DNA of 64,000 nt from Dipteris shenzhenensis (lineage: Eukaryota): NCBI GenBank assembly GCA_047967505.1, contig CM106538.1. One strand, 5' to 3'. Below, in pieces: positions 1 through 12,993 of this stretch (the stretch's first letter is position 1; every line of letters begins with the position of its first letter). Below the pieces are notes generated by a model. That model searched no databases. It was not told where the DNA came from and saw only the letters and a program-made list of their open reading frames with translations. A program made the position numbers and the translations under genes.

Positions 1-650
1 CCTTTTGCTATCCAGTCGTCTTCTCATAGCCCTCCTTTGATTGTCAAACTTCTGGGGGTTGTCCCTCAGCTCCTTCTTCAAAAACTTCTAGCCAGCTTTA
101 TCCACCCAGCTGCGTTTAGGCTTCTTCGCTGCGATGGCATCTCGTAAGTTCATGACCTACGATGCTTCAAGATAGCACACATGCAGTTTCACATGTAATT
201 GTCATCGAACTACATGTTTGGACACTTAGGCCAGACAGACGAGGCAGACATGGAGAACCCCTTTGCTAGCATGTCTGCAGGGAGGAAAGGTCAGCAAATT
301 CTAGCTCCCAAACCATAGAATGGGATAGAAACCACATTTGCAGATCCAAAACCCTCTGCCTATGCAAGACCTTCCCAATGGGAACACATGGATGATGAGG
401 ATCCATGGATGAGGGAATTACGAAGGCAAGACCCCAGCTGATGGGATACTAGGAACTTCCAAGGCGACAGAGCGCCTTATGAACCCCCAATAGTCTAGGT
501 GCCACCAACCTTCATCAACTATGGGGCATCACAGTTTCCACCTTATTGCCCATTGCATGGAACTAACGTTCCCATGTCCCAGGACCCACCTCCTCTGAGA
601 ATACATCCTTTCTCATCCATACCTATTGCACTGATGAATGCAGGCCTTCG

Positions 651-2146
651 TGTTGAGATATCGAGCTCCACTCACGATATGCCAGGGTGACCGTTGTGCA
701 TTTATGTCACCAACTTGTTAGCTGCAGATGCAGTTGGTACACCGCCCATGAATAATAGCTGGATATCGATGACAACTATCTTTATATACTCTAGTTAGTG
801 GCTCGGTTAGTTTTCCACCTTAGTTAGGGACATGCCTAAATTGAGTGCAATAATGTTTGCACATGGGACCAGTGTAGTTGCAGATATTGATATCTGGCAT
901 AAACACATTGGTCATGTTAATGTACAGTGACTTAAATTAATGCAGGCCCAAAATATTATTGCAAGATTGCCTAAGTTCAAGGTTGCAAAAATGCATAAGG
1001 TATGTGAAGCCTATTAATTTGAAAAACAGGCAAGGAAACCATTTCCTAGACATGCTCAAGAGAGTGAGGCCATTGGAATTAATCCACTCTGATGTGTGGA
1101 CTACTAAAGCTGCATCTATTGGAGTCTGTCATTATTTTGTCACTTTTATTGATGACTACAGCAGAAAAGTTTGGGTATATTTTATGAAAAAGAAAAGTGA
1201 AGTGTTTGGGCATTTCAAAGCTTTTAACGCTATAGTTGAGAAAGAAATAGGCCTGCAAATAAAATGCTTAAGGTCAGATGGAGGGGGAGAGTACCTCTCA
1301 AATGAGTTTGCAAGTTTCTTACAGGAGCATGGCATAAAGCAGCAATATTCATGCAGTCATACCCCACAACAAAATGGACTTGCAGAAAGGAAAAATAGGC
1401 ATATTGGAGAGGTATCTCATGCCATGCTGAACGAAAAAGACTTGCTAGATTATTATTGGGTTGAAGCAGTTGCTACAGTAGTATACATAATGAACAGGAC
1501 TCCCACTGCAGCAATACATGGTGACGCTAGAGGAGAGGTATACTAGTAGGAAACCAGATATTTCTCATTTGAAAGTTTTTGGTTGCATTGCCTATGTTCA
1601 TGTGCTACATGAGTTGAGATCAAAGTTGGATCCAAAAGCTAAGAAGTGCAACTTTATTGGTTATTCTCTGTAGCAGAAAGGGTATAGATGCTATAACCCT
1701 TCCACTTGTAAGTTTATAGTGAGCACAGATGTTATTTTTGATGAGATGAGTAGCTAGTATAAACCAGTAAATGTGATTGATGATGTAGATGCACAAAATG
1801 GTAATGCTACACAGAATTCAGAATAGCAATCACAAAATATTAGTGGACCTATAGTGTCCTGTAGCAGTGGTTCACATACTTTGCCATGGACAGGTAGATT
1901 GAGATCAGGAGGATCTCCTCAAAGCAATGCAAATAGTGGTATGCAAGGATCACAAAATGGAAAAGAGAAAGTAGATCAGCCCATGGTTGATGTGAATGCA
2001 GGTCACTTTTATGTGGATGGTGAATCCAGTGGCTCAAAACAGAGCCTTGATGATGAGTTGGGTATTCCTTCTATTGTTACACCAGGAGTAAGGAAGACAA
2101 GGGATGTTTTGAGAGCACCTGGTAGTGAGCCTATTTTGCCAGGTCT
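651..2146 (+). mobile_element. Ty1/Copia LTR retrotransposon, family B, internally deleted (left part)
   Basis: LTR start TGTTGAGATATCGAGCTCC at 651 matches the LTRs at 21122(-) and 60579(+). The LTR is cut at ~820 and joined directly to the GAG-pre-integrase region (DMPKLSAIMFAHG), followed by integrase. Confidence 0.9.
830..1760 (+). pseudogene. Copia integrase (frameshifts/stops)
   Basis: LELIHSDVW, FVTFIDDYSRKVWVY, LRSDGGGEY, TPQQNGLAERKNR, then the SH3-like SKLDPKAKKC region. Confidence 0.92.
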
Positions 2147-2381
2147 CATGGATGATTTTTTCACGTTAGCTTCATTAATAAGAGAAGAATCAAATGATTA
2201 AAATGACACAAATTTAAATTAAAGAATGATATTTTCTATAATGGCTTGGTAGAAGGTGTCTTGTTTGATATTTTAAGTATTTTTTTAGTCGTAGTTTATG
2301 ATTACGAAAAGTAGGTAAAAATTCAACTAAATTAATGAATAGAGCTAGAGTAGTGAATATGCAGTAAGTCATGTATTTACT

Positions 2382-2406
2382 TGTGTGTGTGTGTGTGTGT
2401 GTGTGT
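2382..2406. repeat. (TG)n microsatellite
   Basis: Direct reading. Confidence 0.95.
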
Positions 2407-2703
2407 GAAAATCTAACTTTAATTTCATCATCTACTTCTATACATTTATATATTTAGAAATTTATCACAATGCAAAGAACTTGCCAATCAATAGAGGCTT
2501 TAAATATAAATGTACCCTTCAAGCATTCTCATATATTTAGTACACTTAAGCCATCTATCCAGTCTCACAATCTTGTATAATGGAAGATTCTACAGATTTA
2601 TGATAAGAAATAAGAAGAAATGAACTAAACTAAAATGCCACATGCAAATACTTAAATATATGTATCAATGCATAGGGGGACATACTCTCTTTCTATTTTC
2701 ACA

Positions 2704-2706
<3 letters not shown>

Positions 2707-2743
<37 letters not shown>
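2707..2743. repeat. (CA)n microsatellite
   Basis: Direct reading. Confidence 0.95.
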
Positions 2744-2746
<3 letters not shown>

Positions 2747-2886
2747 GTTGTTGGTCTTGGCATTGCAGTCCCATATGAGCAAGACCTCTCCTAGCTACAT
2801 ACACCTCTAGATGTCCTTGTGGAGTGCTAAGAAGGTAAGATATGTCCCTAGAGATTGTCCTAATATAATTCAATGTCTGTGGGGAT

Positions 2887-3132
2887 CTCGGGGGGTCACT
2901 CATCATATGTAACCCTATCACGTGAGTTCAACAGAAGGATTTTTTTTATTTCTAAAATTTATAGAAATAAATATACATAAGGGACTATTTAGAATAGTTT
3001 TGGAAAAAATTTACAGATTTGTATAGAAAAGGGTTACATTTTATTAATGAAATTTTTTACAGATAAGGGAGTTTAAATATAAGCCTTGAATGCACGTGAT
3101 ATAGAGGATTTATACATAGTGACCCCCCTGAG
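2887..3132. mobile_element. MITE copy 1 (246 bp)
   Basis: TIR CTCGGGGGGTCACT / AGTGACCCCCCTGAG; perfect 8-bp TSD GTGGGGAT (2879-2886, 3133-3140). Confidence 0.95.
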
Positions 3133-4249
3133 GTGGGGATACATAACATGTTGTAATCCCCTCTCTCTCCCAACTCGCTTTAGGGATGCACATTGATGAA
3201 TGAGCAAAGGGTGACAATGGAAGAAAGGAAGAATTAAGAAACCCCATCCTTTGCCATGTTTATATTAGCCCACCCACGTTCCCAACCCAATCCTGTACCC
3301 ACATTAGCCATTCAGCCCTGCGTGGGCATCATTTTGTCCTATCAAGATGCGTGCTCTTGCTTTTTATTAGCCTTTCTATATTGATCTCTATATCTGTACA
3401 TCATGGAAATGCCACCCTTTTGAACCCTTTGGATCATCAGTCATTGCTTAATCAGATGACAATGTCCCCAACATGATGGGCAAAAAAGCCTTTGCTAATG
3501 CACTAATGCACATCTTTTTTGTTCAATAGCTTTTGTAGTAGGTTACAATGATAACATTGATGCACAATGGGCAAAGGATATTGCGTAATCTCTTACAATA
3601 TTGGCCAACAATGCATGTTGTTTTTGTTCCTAGGTTTGTAGTAGGTTTGAGTCACAAAATTAATGTACAATTCGCAAAGGGTATTAACTTTGTCTTTAAA
3701 CATTCCTCTATCTAATGTATGCCAAGTGGCCATGTGCAAGCACTTGAGTTTAGGGGCCAACTCATGTTTGAGCTTTCTCCTTTGTCTCTGGCTTAGCTTG
3801 CGGCTTGCATATGTGTGTGTGTGTGTCCCTGATTGATTGTACTTACTCTCCACATCCATAGGAATAGTGACACCAACAAAAATAGCCATGAAAGGAGTAT
3901 AGCTCAAACTTAGGGAGTTTGTTCCCCAAATATCATCCTGAGACAAGGTTACCATTGAGTGTCTCAAATGAAGCTGAGCCTTGCTAGTCCAGGTTTGAGT
4001 CTCATGCATCATGCATGACCACAAAAAGGTGAAGGTGTGAGGGTGCTCAGGGAGTTTGAGCCCCAAATCACCCGATCTAAGGAGTGGCGAGGCTAACATA
4101 AGCGCTATTTGAAAACTGGTTAGGACCACCTCCTAGTACCAGGTTTGTCCCAAGATCTTTAATATGGTTAATACAAGTGCCATTTCTGCTAGTAGGGAGA
4201 GTCCGTAAGAATAGCAATATGCCTTGGCACCCTATGAGCCCAAGAGCCC

Positions 4250-4560
4250 ATGGTTGTAAAGTGAGGGAGAGTGCTAAAAAGGAAAAGGGTTGGCCCTCCC
4301 TTCAAAAGGTGACTTGTATAAAAGGCCAAATGTTTGACTTTGGTCTTCATTGTTGTTTGCACAAGTTTGAATACAAGCTCCCTCTTCTCTTCCAAGAGAG
4401 TATTTTGGGTGTTCTCTTGTTTCAATTGTAGTGCCTTTGTGGTTGTCACTCTATCCCCGTTTCTCCCTCTCCTCTTCCCTTCCTCCCCCTCCCTTCTCCC
4501 TCCTCTTCCTCTCCCCTCCCCTCTTCCCCTTCCCTCTTCCTCGTGTGAAACCACATTGCA
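4250..4560 (+). repeat. Dispersed LTR-like repeat (shared with ~14910-15180)
   Basis: GGCCCTCCCTTCAAAAG..GACTTGTATAAAAGGCCAAATGTTTGACTTTGGTCTTCATTGT is near-identical at both sites. It has a TATA-like box followed by a pyrimidine-rich tract. Ends were not resolved. Confidence 0.55.
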
Positions 4561-6571
4561 ACAATCCGAAGGCCGCTTTAGTGACACTTGCGGATGGCTT
4601 GTGGTATGCATTGGTCCCACAAGTAGCTGGGAGTGGAAGCTCCATCAAAATATCTTCAACTACCCCACGACACATGAGTCACTGTTGAGACAGACCCACT
4701 ACATGGGTCTATGAGGCAAAACTCATGAACATCCAATCAATAACAATGCTATGTCTTTCTACTTATATGGTGGGGTTCTGGTGTTTTCAATTATCAATGA
4801 ATCTCATGCAACCATGATATTGGTTCTTTGTTCGACTCTTCAAGTATATATGGGCTAATAGTCTAAAAACCTTCAATGTTTTGGTACACTGCTTTACAAG
4901 TCTGCACTATACATCTCAAAGTAATCATTTATTGACTAACCGGATGGACGTGAGATCTTATACAAACGTTGGTGGCTTTTACAATGGTTATGCAATCAAA
5001 GGCACAAGGTTGGCACATGCTATGTACAATTGGAATGGATAGTGTGATTGATAGTGTGTTGTTGGAACAACGTGCCTATGATTTAAGTAAGGATAAGATT
5101 ACATTTAATGCTCTTGGCAATAAGTAAGGATAAGATTCCATTTAATGCTCTTGGCAATGCTCCCTAAATCTTTGACGACTTATGTACATATTCAGTCTCC
5201 CTGTATGGTTGCACCACCTTCTTGTATTGGCATTCTCTTCCATCCCTCTACCTTGCTCTGGCTGTGTGTAGTCCCCTCTATCCTACTCCATGCTGAGCGA
5301 CTGTTCTTCTTCTTTGTAATAATTGGCATCCTGTACCCCATCTTCCACTCTTTGTGAAAGTTTGTTTGTTGCTTTGCACTAGTGTTTGGACCACTACACC
5401 TCCCTTGCTCACGTGATCCTATGGCAGATTGATTCTTAGGTACGTATTTTTTATCTTCTTGATCCCTTTGTGTTCCACTTATATGTCTGGAATGTATCTC
5501 TCTTTGGAATGCATCTCTGTAAGCCTCAGTGTACGTAGGAGGAAAGCCTTGGCTGCATTACCATTCTATAGTATTATGTCTTAATCTCTTATTTTGCTTT
5601 CGTATTGGTCTCTATTGCATTTTTCATGAACCTAAAGAATGTGTCTCACAAGGTTCAGTTTTTAGTCTTTAAGGTGTAGACTCACTGGTTCCCACTCGTG
5701 GCTATCCCATTGATGGACTGCTTTATTGATCTATAACATCTGCTTGGTAATAGCTAACACTCAGGACTATGGGAGAGGTATTTACGTATCTCTCACTTTC
5801 TTTTAGCAAGGCAGTTTGCACTTACCACTATTTCTTATCACTTGAAAGTGGATGGTTCTTAAAGTCTAGAGGCAAGCCATACCGAAATTTCATTTACGAG
5901 CAAGCATATGCAGTAGCTGCTTACATTTGCGCTACCTTGAGCTCCTGGCATGCATGCCCTAGCACTTGTCTTCTACTAATGGCGTCCGTATTCCCTACTA
6001 TGAGGAGGATTTCCTTCTTATTTTGCATGGGAACGTGGAAAAACCCCTTCTCAGTTTCTCCTACTCTTTACACGACTTTTACTTAGGACAACATCGCACT
6101 GAGCACTCAAGACTAGTGATGGTGGCCAAGCACTTTGAGTCTAATTATTAAGTATATGGCAGGACTTTCTCCAGCATAGGGTTCATAAATCATTTAGCAT
6201 AATTATTCGTGATAGTAAGTATGGGGTTACCCGTTTAGCATACATGTGCACAAGCATAATGATGTCTACTCTGACACACTTATTACTTTATACACTTATC
6301 ATCTTCAACTTTTGAATCTGGATGGTGGTTTGGTTCTTTGGTACAAGCAATAACAAGCTGGGGTAAGCAAGCATTACCTATCTTCCCTATCAAAACTATG
6401 ATGTTCTAACACTTAGTTTCTCTTGGATGGTGGCAGGTAGGTTGACCCCGACCTTGGATCTCAAATTATCGGAAAGATTTAGCATTTAAACTTTGTATTC
6501 CACATTTGGTATTGATCGACTATTTATTATCCCACTATTGATCTTCCTCTCAGGCTCTCTCTGTCTACTCG

Positions 6572-8350
6572 GCAAGTTTCTTAGATCTAGCTGACAACCT
6601 GAATAAAAATATGCTTATTTATTTTTTAAAAGTTTCTGTTGTGGATATGCATATGCATCATTGTCTGGTATGCATGATGTGATGTGCTCTTTCTTTTTTA
6701 ATGTATTTATTGGTCCTTTGTATAATGTAAGTTGAAATTGGTTTGGCATGATTTATATAGTGTAGTATTATGCTTTCAAACATGAAAGAAGGGCTTGGTT
6801 TAGGAAGTGGTGTCTGGTTCCTGGCTTGGTGTCTGGTTTTTGTTGTGAATAAGGCTAAGAGGCAACACGACCTAGGACCAAGTTTCTTAGATCTAGTTGA
6901 CAAGCTGAAGAAATGTAAACTTATTTGTTTTGTAAAAGTTTCTGTTGTGAATATGCATATGCATCATTGTCTATGATGTGCTCTTTCTTTGTTAATGTAT
7001 TTATTGGTGCATTGTATAGAGTAAGTTGAAATTGGTTTGGCATGCTTTATGTAGTGTAGTACATAAAAGAAGGGCTTGGTTCGGGAAGTGGTGTCTGGTT
7101 CTTGCACTCACAAGGTAGGGGGCTAAGAGGCACCATGACCTAGGACCAAGTTTCTTAGATCTAGTTGACAAGCTGAAGAAATGTATGCTTATTTATTTTG
7201 TAAAAGTTTCTGTTGTGAATTGCATCATTGTCTGTGATGTGCTCTTTCTTTGTTAATGTATTTATTGGTGCATTGTATAGAGTAAGTTGAAATTCATTTG
7301 GCATGCTTTATGTAGTGTAGTATTATGATCTCAAACATGAAAGAAGGGCTTGGTTTAGGAAGTGGTGTCTGGTTCCTGCGTTCACAAGGCAGGGGGCTAA
7401 GAGGCACCAAGACCTAGGACCAAGTTTCTTAGATCTAGTTGACAAGTTGAATAAATGTATGCTTATTTATTTTGTAAAAGTTTCTGTTGTGAGTATGCAT
7501 ATGCATCATTGTCTGTGATGTGCTCTTTCTTTGTTAATGTATTTATTGGTGCATTGTATAGAGTAAGTTGAAATTGGTTTGGCATGCTTTATGTAGTGTA
7601 GTACATAAAAGAAGGGCTTGGTTCGGGAAGTGGTGTCTAGTTCTTGCACTCACAAGGTAGGGGGCTAAGAGGCATCATGACCTAGGACCAAGTTTCTTAG
7701 ATCTAGTTGACAAGCTGAAGAAATGTATGCTTATTTATTTTGTAAAAGTTTCTGTTGTGAATTGCATCATTGCCTGTGATGTGCTCTTTCTTTGTTAATG
7801 TATTTATTGGTGCATTGTATAGAGTAAGTCGAAATTCGTTTGGCATGCTTTATGTAGTGTAGTATTATGATCTCAAACATGAAAGAAGGGCTTGGTTTAG
7901 GAAGTGGTGTCTGGTTCTTGCATTCACAAGGCAGGGGGCTAAGAGGCACCAAGACCTAGGACCAAGTTTCTTAGATCTAGTTGACAAGTTGAAGAAATGT
8001 ATGCTTATTTATTTTGTAAAAGTTTCTGTTGTGAATATGCATATGCATCATTGTCTGTGATGTGCTCTTTCTTTGTTAATGTATTTATTGGTGCATTGTA
8101 TAGAGTAAGTTGAAATTGGTTTGGCATGCTTTATGTAGTGTAGTATTATGATTTCAAACATGAAAGAAGGGCTTGGTTCAGGAAGTGGTGTTTGGTTCCT
8201 GCACTCACAAGGCAGGGGGCTAAGAGGCACCATGACCTAGGACCACTAAGTTCCTTAGTTCTAGTTGAAAACCTGAAGAAATATATGCCTATTTATTTTT
8301 TTAAAGTTTATGTTGTGAATATGCATATGCATTATTGTTTGGTATGCATG
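6572..8350. repeat. Tandem array, ~270-285 bp unit, ~6.5 copies
   Basis: CAAGTTTCTTAGATCTAG recurs at ~6573, 6879, 7147, 7421, 7689, 7963 and, diverged, at ~8247. Confidence 0.95.
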
Positions 8351-8395
8351 ATATGATATGATCCTTCTTTTTTTAATAAGTTGATATTAATCAGG

Positions 8396-9951
8396 TCCTT
8401 CGCGATGAGCTTCTTGTAGAGATAAATAACATGAGTACAAAGGAGATGGAGATGACCATAGAAAGCACTTCTAGATTGCATACTCTAAAGAGCAAAAGTG
8501 TTTTGAATACAAGGTGTCAAGTAGAACTAGATCCTAATAGGAAACACCTTATAGGGATCAGAAAATGGGACACTGATGTTATGCTATGGGTAGAGAGCAA
8601 CATTGGGAATGTCTTGGCTTGGTTTAATGAAGCATGCACAAGGAACCATACATTTGCAAATGATATTAATAAGGAAAAGATGCATTTATGGAATTCCTTC
8701 TGGGCTAAAAATAAGACAAAGGTTATAAGGTCAGATGTGAAAACCATACTAGCTATAAGTTGGGAAAAAAAGTCAGCAATTGCTTTCAGAAGGGTGGAGG
8801 AAGTAGCAAAAGGAGAAGAAAGTGCAAGGATTTTGAATGGAAAAATGTGAGAAGTGCAAGGTAGTGATTCACAAAGGCTACAGATCAAGGCAAGTCATAT
8901 AAGCAATGTGTCCTTCATGATGTACATAACTAAAAATGAGATCCAAGTTGGTGAAAAGATAGGTTCTGGCACATATGGATTTGTCTACAAAGTACAACTC
9001 ATAGGTGCTCCAGGATTATTATAGCATATATTCTATGCTAAAAAGCAATATAAGGGTGACATAGGGGATCATACACGAGAGGCAAGGAAGGAGGGACAAA
9101 TGCAAATTTGGCATCTTGTGCTTGTTCGTGTTATTGCAGCAACTCCAGAAGAGCCCTTGTGGACTATCACACCATATTTTAATGTTGGTAGCTTGATGCA
9201 CTTCATGAGAACTTTACCATATGAGCAAGGTAGGTTTAGGTGCTATGTTGACATAGTCCTAAAAAGAGGCAAAGAAACGAAGGCAAGGGCACAAGGAACA
9301 TTGGAAGATGTATGCACATGGAAGCCAATAGAGCAAATTAACTACTTTAGTTCAAATGTGCACCACATTATACATGCAGTCATTACTGGATTAGCAAGGT
9401 TACATAAGGGTCAATGGATTCATATAGACTTACATCTTGGTAACATTCTATTAGATCTCATAGCAAATGGTGCATGCAGAGTTGGCATAATTGATTAAGG
9501 GATGGCACTAGTTTCTTCAAAGAATAGAAAAGCTTTTAAGGATATGAAGAAGACATCTCTAGAGATTGAACAACAATTAACACAAAGGAAGCAGAAGAAA
9601 GAGCAAGAGCATGCACGAAAGAAGTGGTTTGCACCTGAGCTTCAATGTTTTTCTAGGAGAGGTGTGTATAGCCCTCAGACAAACATATATGAATTAGGAT
9701 GGATAATTACAGAGATTATATAGTTTTGGGAAGATGTAGTTGGGTATTTTGAACAGTCTCGCCACATGCTTGATAGTGCACTATTAAAGTGTATTAAAAA
9801 ACATGCCTTTGAAAAGATGATGACTGAGAATTCTATAGAGAGAATAGCACTTATGGATACCTATAGTATCCTATCAACATTTGGATGTAATTCAAGTCTA
9901 GCAATGCGGCCCCTTGATGAGATGAATGTTGCTTTGAAGCTAGCAACATAG
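8396..9951 (+). pseudogene. Eukaryotic protein kinase (non-RD, HxDLHxGN type) with an N-terminal extension; 4 in-frame stops
   Basis: One continuous frame joins ORFs 8431, 9100, 9502 and 9766: KIGSGTYGFVYK, FYAKK, HIDLHLGNILL, IID*G (DWG), WFAPE, TNIYELGWI. Putative splice acceptor AATCAG at ~8395. Confidence 0.9.
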
Positions 9952-10297
9952 AAAATATACTCAGTCTACCTTTGAATGTTGCTTTGGATGTAACATTGTA
10001 AGTCTAGCAAAGCGGCCCCTTGATAAGATGAATGTTGCTTTGAAGCTAGCAATATCTTGTTGTTGTATTCATGTGGTGGACTTGTATTCATATAGTAGAT
10101 TTGTATGAAAATAAATTAAAGTATTTCTTCTCTTGGAAGATGTGTTATACTTGATTTGCAACGCACTTGAAGTGCACATAATTTTATAAGGATAAGAATT
10201 ATTATGCTATTTTTTCAGCATGTGTTTAGAGAAAAGAAATTATGTTCTATTTTATGCTCAACTAATAAAGACATAATTTTATAAACAGGTACTTATC

Positions 10298-12993
10298 ATG
10301 GGAAGAAAGAAGAAAGTTCAAGCTCTGGAGAAAAACACAAAAATGACATCTTTCTTATTACCTTCTACATCATTGGGCACTAATATAAACATGTTTACAA
10401 CATCAAGTACACTAGAGAATTTTCTCTCAAGCTCATCATCCATGAATCATGAAGCAATTTATGGGATTCCTGAACATGCTTCGGGCACAATGCATCATGC
10501 TAGAAATCAATGTTCTAGATCACTGCTCAACGATGATAGTTTTAACAGGGATTTGAGTTTTCAAGTCTTGGAAGCAAGGAAGATAGGATCACAAAATTGT
10601 AATCAAGGGAATGCAATTGGAATTGAAAATTCATTAGCTGGCACATCATTGACAAATAATGAGGTAGTGGATTTAACTGGATTGGAAAGTGGAAAAATGT
10701 CAGAAATAGTATCATCAATGTCAACACCAATAGAAGAAGCCATTGAGAATGCATCACAAAATTGCAACTCTTCAAGTAAGTAGAAGAGAAAGAGAGCTTG
10801 GGATATTTGTAGGAATTTTCAAGAAGATTGGGTAGCCAAATATCCTTGGTTAGACGTAGAACAAGTGGACACTAGGGATGCACCAAAGTGGGCCATTTGT
10901 AAAATATGCACATGGGCAAGGAAAAAGGAGGTACGGTTACAATTGAAGATTGATATGATTGAGAAGCATTGTGGGAAGGTTTACAAGAATGTAGAAGGTA
11001 CAAGTAATGAAAAGAAAGTGATCAAAGAGTGGGACAAGGAAAATAACTGCCACTTAAAAAATGAGATTGAGTACAATAAGTTCTTGCTTGCATAAGAGTC
11101 TAGCAGAAATAAAAGTGAAGGATCATTGAAAAAGCGTTGGGAATGTATCGATGATCAGGTTGATAGAGAAAAGATAGTGCAATTCTCAACTATCATGCAA
11201 ATATTGAAGCAAGGCGACTCACTGATAGACTTCTCAGGTTACCAATCATATCTTCAATTTTTGGATGTTCCTAATTTGTTGGCAAGCATGCATTGGTCAA
11301 GGACTAGCACAACAAATATGGCTAACCACATGAACCAAGTCATAATTGATGATTTAAAGGAGACTTTAAAACTTGCAAACTTTTTTCCTGTGTCATTGGC
11401 TGAGTACACAGCTGTGGATACTACATCATGGTTGGGAATGCATTTGTATGTGGTAGAAAACAATAAGAGAAAACCATATTTTTTACATGTATACAAACTT
11501 AATTTAGAATCCAATGCTAATAACTTAGTGCAAGTTTTGATCCAAGCTTTAAAAGAGTATGGAGGCATGACAAAGTTTGAGATGGTCAAGAAACTTGTTT
11601 GTTTTGCATGTGATCGTGCTTTGGTCTTGCAAGGTTGTCAGAATGGTGTCTCTGTACAAATAGAAACAAAATATGCTCCTTACTGTGCTGGGATACATTG
11701 TATGGCGCATCGCACAAATCTAGCTTACAAAGTTGTGTCCACATTTCCATCAGTATAAGGAATCGAGACGGTGGTTAAAAAAAGCTTCTCTTAATTTTGC
11801 AAGAGTCCAAAAAGATACAATCAATTTAGAGTTATTGCAAAAGCACTGGGTACAAAAGGGAGGAAGATTTTGAAGAATGTGGATACTAGATGGATATCTT
11901 TGGTTCAGCCAGTGAAAAGATTATGGGATGAATACAAGACTTTGGTCTATTTAATGCACATGGAGGCAGAAGAAGAGGTTAAAAAGGGAGATATTTTGTA
12001 TCATAAATTGACCAACATAGATTCGATATTGGGATTGTGTGGAATTATTCCACCTTTAGACAAAATGAATATGTTGAGTAAAATGTCGCAAGCGAATGAT
12101 ATTTAATATATCAATGAATACGTCAAGGCAATAAAACTCACTAATTTGAGTATAACAACAGCATACGATAAGAAGTCAAGCTCCAGTTTTCAAGACAAGA
12201 AATTGTTTAAAGATTGGAAAAGTTTAATAGACCTAGATGGGAATTCCTCACTTTTAACATATGACTGGAAGGATATGTTTGCCTTTGTGCAAACAATCAG
12301 GTTTTCAAGATGATGAGAGAAAATAAACGACACAAAAGACTACAATACATTAAAAAAGAGGCTTTTTTAAAGAAAGTACAAACAGTGAAAAATGCCCTTA
12401 GTGAATTTGCAAGTGCAGTGGTAGATGAGATCAGAAGTAGGTTTCCATGAAATGACCTAATGGAAGCATTTACCATCATATTTTCACATTTTTGGGTCAA
12501 TGGATCTTATGAAAGTATCAAAGCAGGTCCAAAGAATCATTTGGATGCTCTCAAAAAGCACTTTGGACGAGACATTGACATGGACAATATAAAGTACAAT
12601 GGTTTGTTGGATTTTGGAAAGCTTTATTCATAGTTTTCCCTTTTTGGAGAAGTCATGCACCAGCAAAGTAATTTAATGGAAAATGTTCAAATGCAAGGTT
12701 CGATGGTTCGGCTTTGGAATGAGCTCTCTCGCATTACATTCCTACAAGATAACATTTCTGAGTAGTTCAAGCTTGCAAATTTATGTAAAACATTTATTCT
12801 TGGCTCAGTTGAGGATGAAAGGTGTTTTAGTACTCTCGGTTACTTGAAGAATAAGCTTCGTAAGAAGCTAGATGATAACTTCGATCTTAGCTTGAGATTA
12901 TACTCTTGTTCTTATGATGTTAGTAGCTTTTCGTATGATAGAACATTAGCACTTTGGAAGTCAAGCTGTAAAAGAAAAGGCTATTTAAACTAG
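10298..12993 (+). pseudogene. hAT transposase (TTF-type Zn finger, DDE core, C-terminal dimerisation motif)
   Basis: RNFQEDWVAKYPWL..CKIC, FACDRA (DGA position), IHCMAHRTNL (CxxH), DTRWIS, GSVEDERCFSTLGYLKNKLR; several stops and frameshifts. Confidence 0.9.

Noticed and set aside
1-650. Possible gag-like Pro-rich coding remnant (also 13700-14000)
   Set aside because: No diagnostic motif was recognised; too degraded to call.
3152-4703. Solo LTR with TGTA..TACA ends inside the hAT
   Set aside because: Candidate flanks CATGT and TGGGT do not form a TSD and no PBS or PPT was seen; only the shared core repeat is reported.
6572-8350. CRISPR-like or repeated small-protein locus
   Set aside because: Whole units are duplicated with no unique spacers, there are no cas genes, and the context is eukaryotic. 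The 61-81 aa ORFs are by-products of the repeat.
8396-9951. Functional host kinase gene
   Set aside because: Four in-frame stops, one in the DWG motif, and it lies inside hAT termini.
5085-10055. Small local duplications (37 bp at ~5085-5158; ~53 bp at ~9894 and ~10000)
   Set aside because: Ordinary slippage or repair duplications with no further structure.
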